Shown here: one piece after another, positions 63,301 through 64,000 of the stretch | Layout of the letters: every line of letters starts with the position of its first letter | Position numbering within the stretch: the stretch's first letter is position 1 | Assembly (NCBI GenBank): GCA_002269645.1 | Contig: NIVC01000227.1 | Coordinates: 372,001-436,000, forward strand | Direction: 5' to 3' | Length of the DNA: 64,000 nucleotides | DNA from: Macrostomum lignano | Taxonomy: Eukaryota | Notes under the pieces: generated by a model | Database searches by the model: none | What the model was told of the DNA's origin: nothing | Seen by the model: only the letters and a program-made list of their open reading frames with translations | Translations under genes and position numbers: made by a program

Positions 63301-64000
63301 CGTGATGCGCGACATCAAGGCGCTGAACGATCTACCCATGGGAGTCACGCCCGAACCGGAGCTTCTTGGCCTGACTGCCGACACCGAGCGATCGTCGGAT
63401 TTTGTCGCCACAAGTGTGGTCAACCCGGAGTTCGAATCGATGGTGTCCACTTTGAACACCGAGCCGATGCCAGATCCGTCAATGATTCAGCAAGTATGGA
63501 TGAGGTCATACGAGAGGCCGTTTCCTCCGTTCACAATGGATCGAGGTGTCGACAGATTTCACCAGTTCGTCCATCGGCACCATGATTCCATGATTTTTTC
63601 TTCGCAATGTCACCAAGTTTTTTATTCAGCCGTCACCGTTATTATTTGAGTCTTCACAGGTGTTTTCAAATTTTGCATAGGCCGTGTGGTGGTCACAAAT
63701 ATTTGAATGATTCATTGTTTCACAAGTCCATTTCATCTTGCTACCGATTTACCCAGAAATTATAGAGGTATATTCGTCGTATAATTTCAGGACCTTGAGT
63801 CGGTGGAGAAGGTTTGGATGCTGCGGGACGAATGGGAAGAAAACTGGAACAGGTGGAAGAGCGGCCGTTTCGTCAACCTCAAAGCATCCGAGATGGAAGA
63901 TGTGGCTAACAATGTGTACAGGAATCTGTACAAGCTCAGTCGCGAGCTGAAGGACAAGAACTGGGAAGTTGTGGAGACCAGCCGCGTGCGGGTCGACCAG
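57384..64000 (+). CDS. DNAH2: Axonemal dynein heavy chain, DNAH2-like, 5' part; exons 57384-58829, 58925-59695, 61052-62666, 62752-62984, 63791->64000
   Basis: LIHWTRQIKDV...GPLDEINFWKNRCEDLSGISKQL, SIFAQVDAFIQRCKDLLEICECQSHFAR, WHDDYNRFRAGIKDLEVM and WEENWNRWKSGRF match the DNAH2 tail as I recall it. All junctions are GT-AG and phase-compatible. Confidence 0.9.
63122..63649 (+). CDS. Coding-like ORF nested in DNAH2 intron 4: alternative first exon or independent small gene
   Basis: ATG-initiated 175-aa ORF. It is GC-rich and CpG-rich like neighbouring exons, inside an AT-rich intron. Phase-0 donor CAA|GTATGG at 63493/63494. Confidence 0.5.
   Translation: MLTTVIENAETVDPSATGSHSESRRTSMHSMDSVVSIEGEQVVIKNYDHVPSPFMVPINAVMRDIKALNDLPMGVTPEPELLGLTADTERSSDFVATSVVNPEFESMVSTLNTEPMPDPSMIQQVWMRSYERPFPPFTMDRGVDRFHQFVHRHHDSMIFSSQCHQVFYSAVTVII

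Overview
Eukaryotic (animal) genomic DNA. CpG-rich, GC3-rich exons, minisatellite-filled introns and lectin mosaics suggest a free-living flatworm such as Macrostomum; this is inference, not a search result. Seven host genes can be built with GT-AG, phase-consistent exons: a C-type lectin+PAN protein, SAYSD1, a POU class VI factor, a PAN+F-type lectin, an SLC16/MCT transporter, a CRELD1-like protein and the 5' part of an axonemal dynein heavy chain (DNAH2-like). There is also the 3' part of an unidentified EGF-containing single-pass membrane protein. Between the genes lie over a dozen minisatellite arrays, a Penelope-like retroelement with a hammerhead ribozyme, a decayed mariner, a Gypsy 5' remnant, tRNA-derived SINEs and several non-autonomous TIR elements. 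Best leads: (1) old transposon relics appear to carry CG>TA, CA>TA and TG>TA changes (RIP-like) while exons remain CpG-rich; (2) a coding-like ORF in a DNAH2 intron may be an alternative first exon giving a short-tailed dynein; (3) a minimal hammerhead and a chimeric GIY-YIG end in the Penelope element. Four single-base reading-frame breaks probably reflect assembly indels. All coordinates, alignments and dinucleotide impressions were read by eye.
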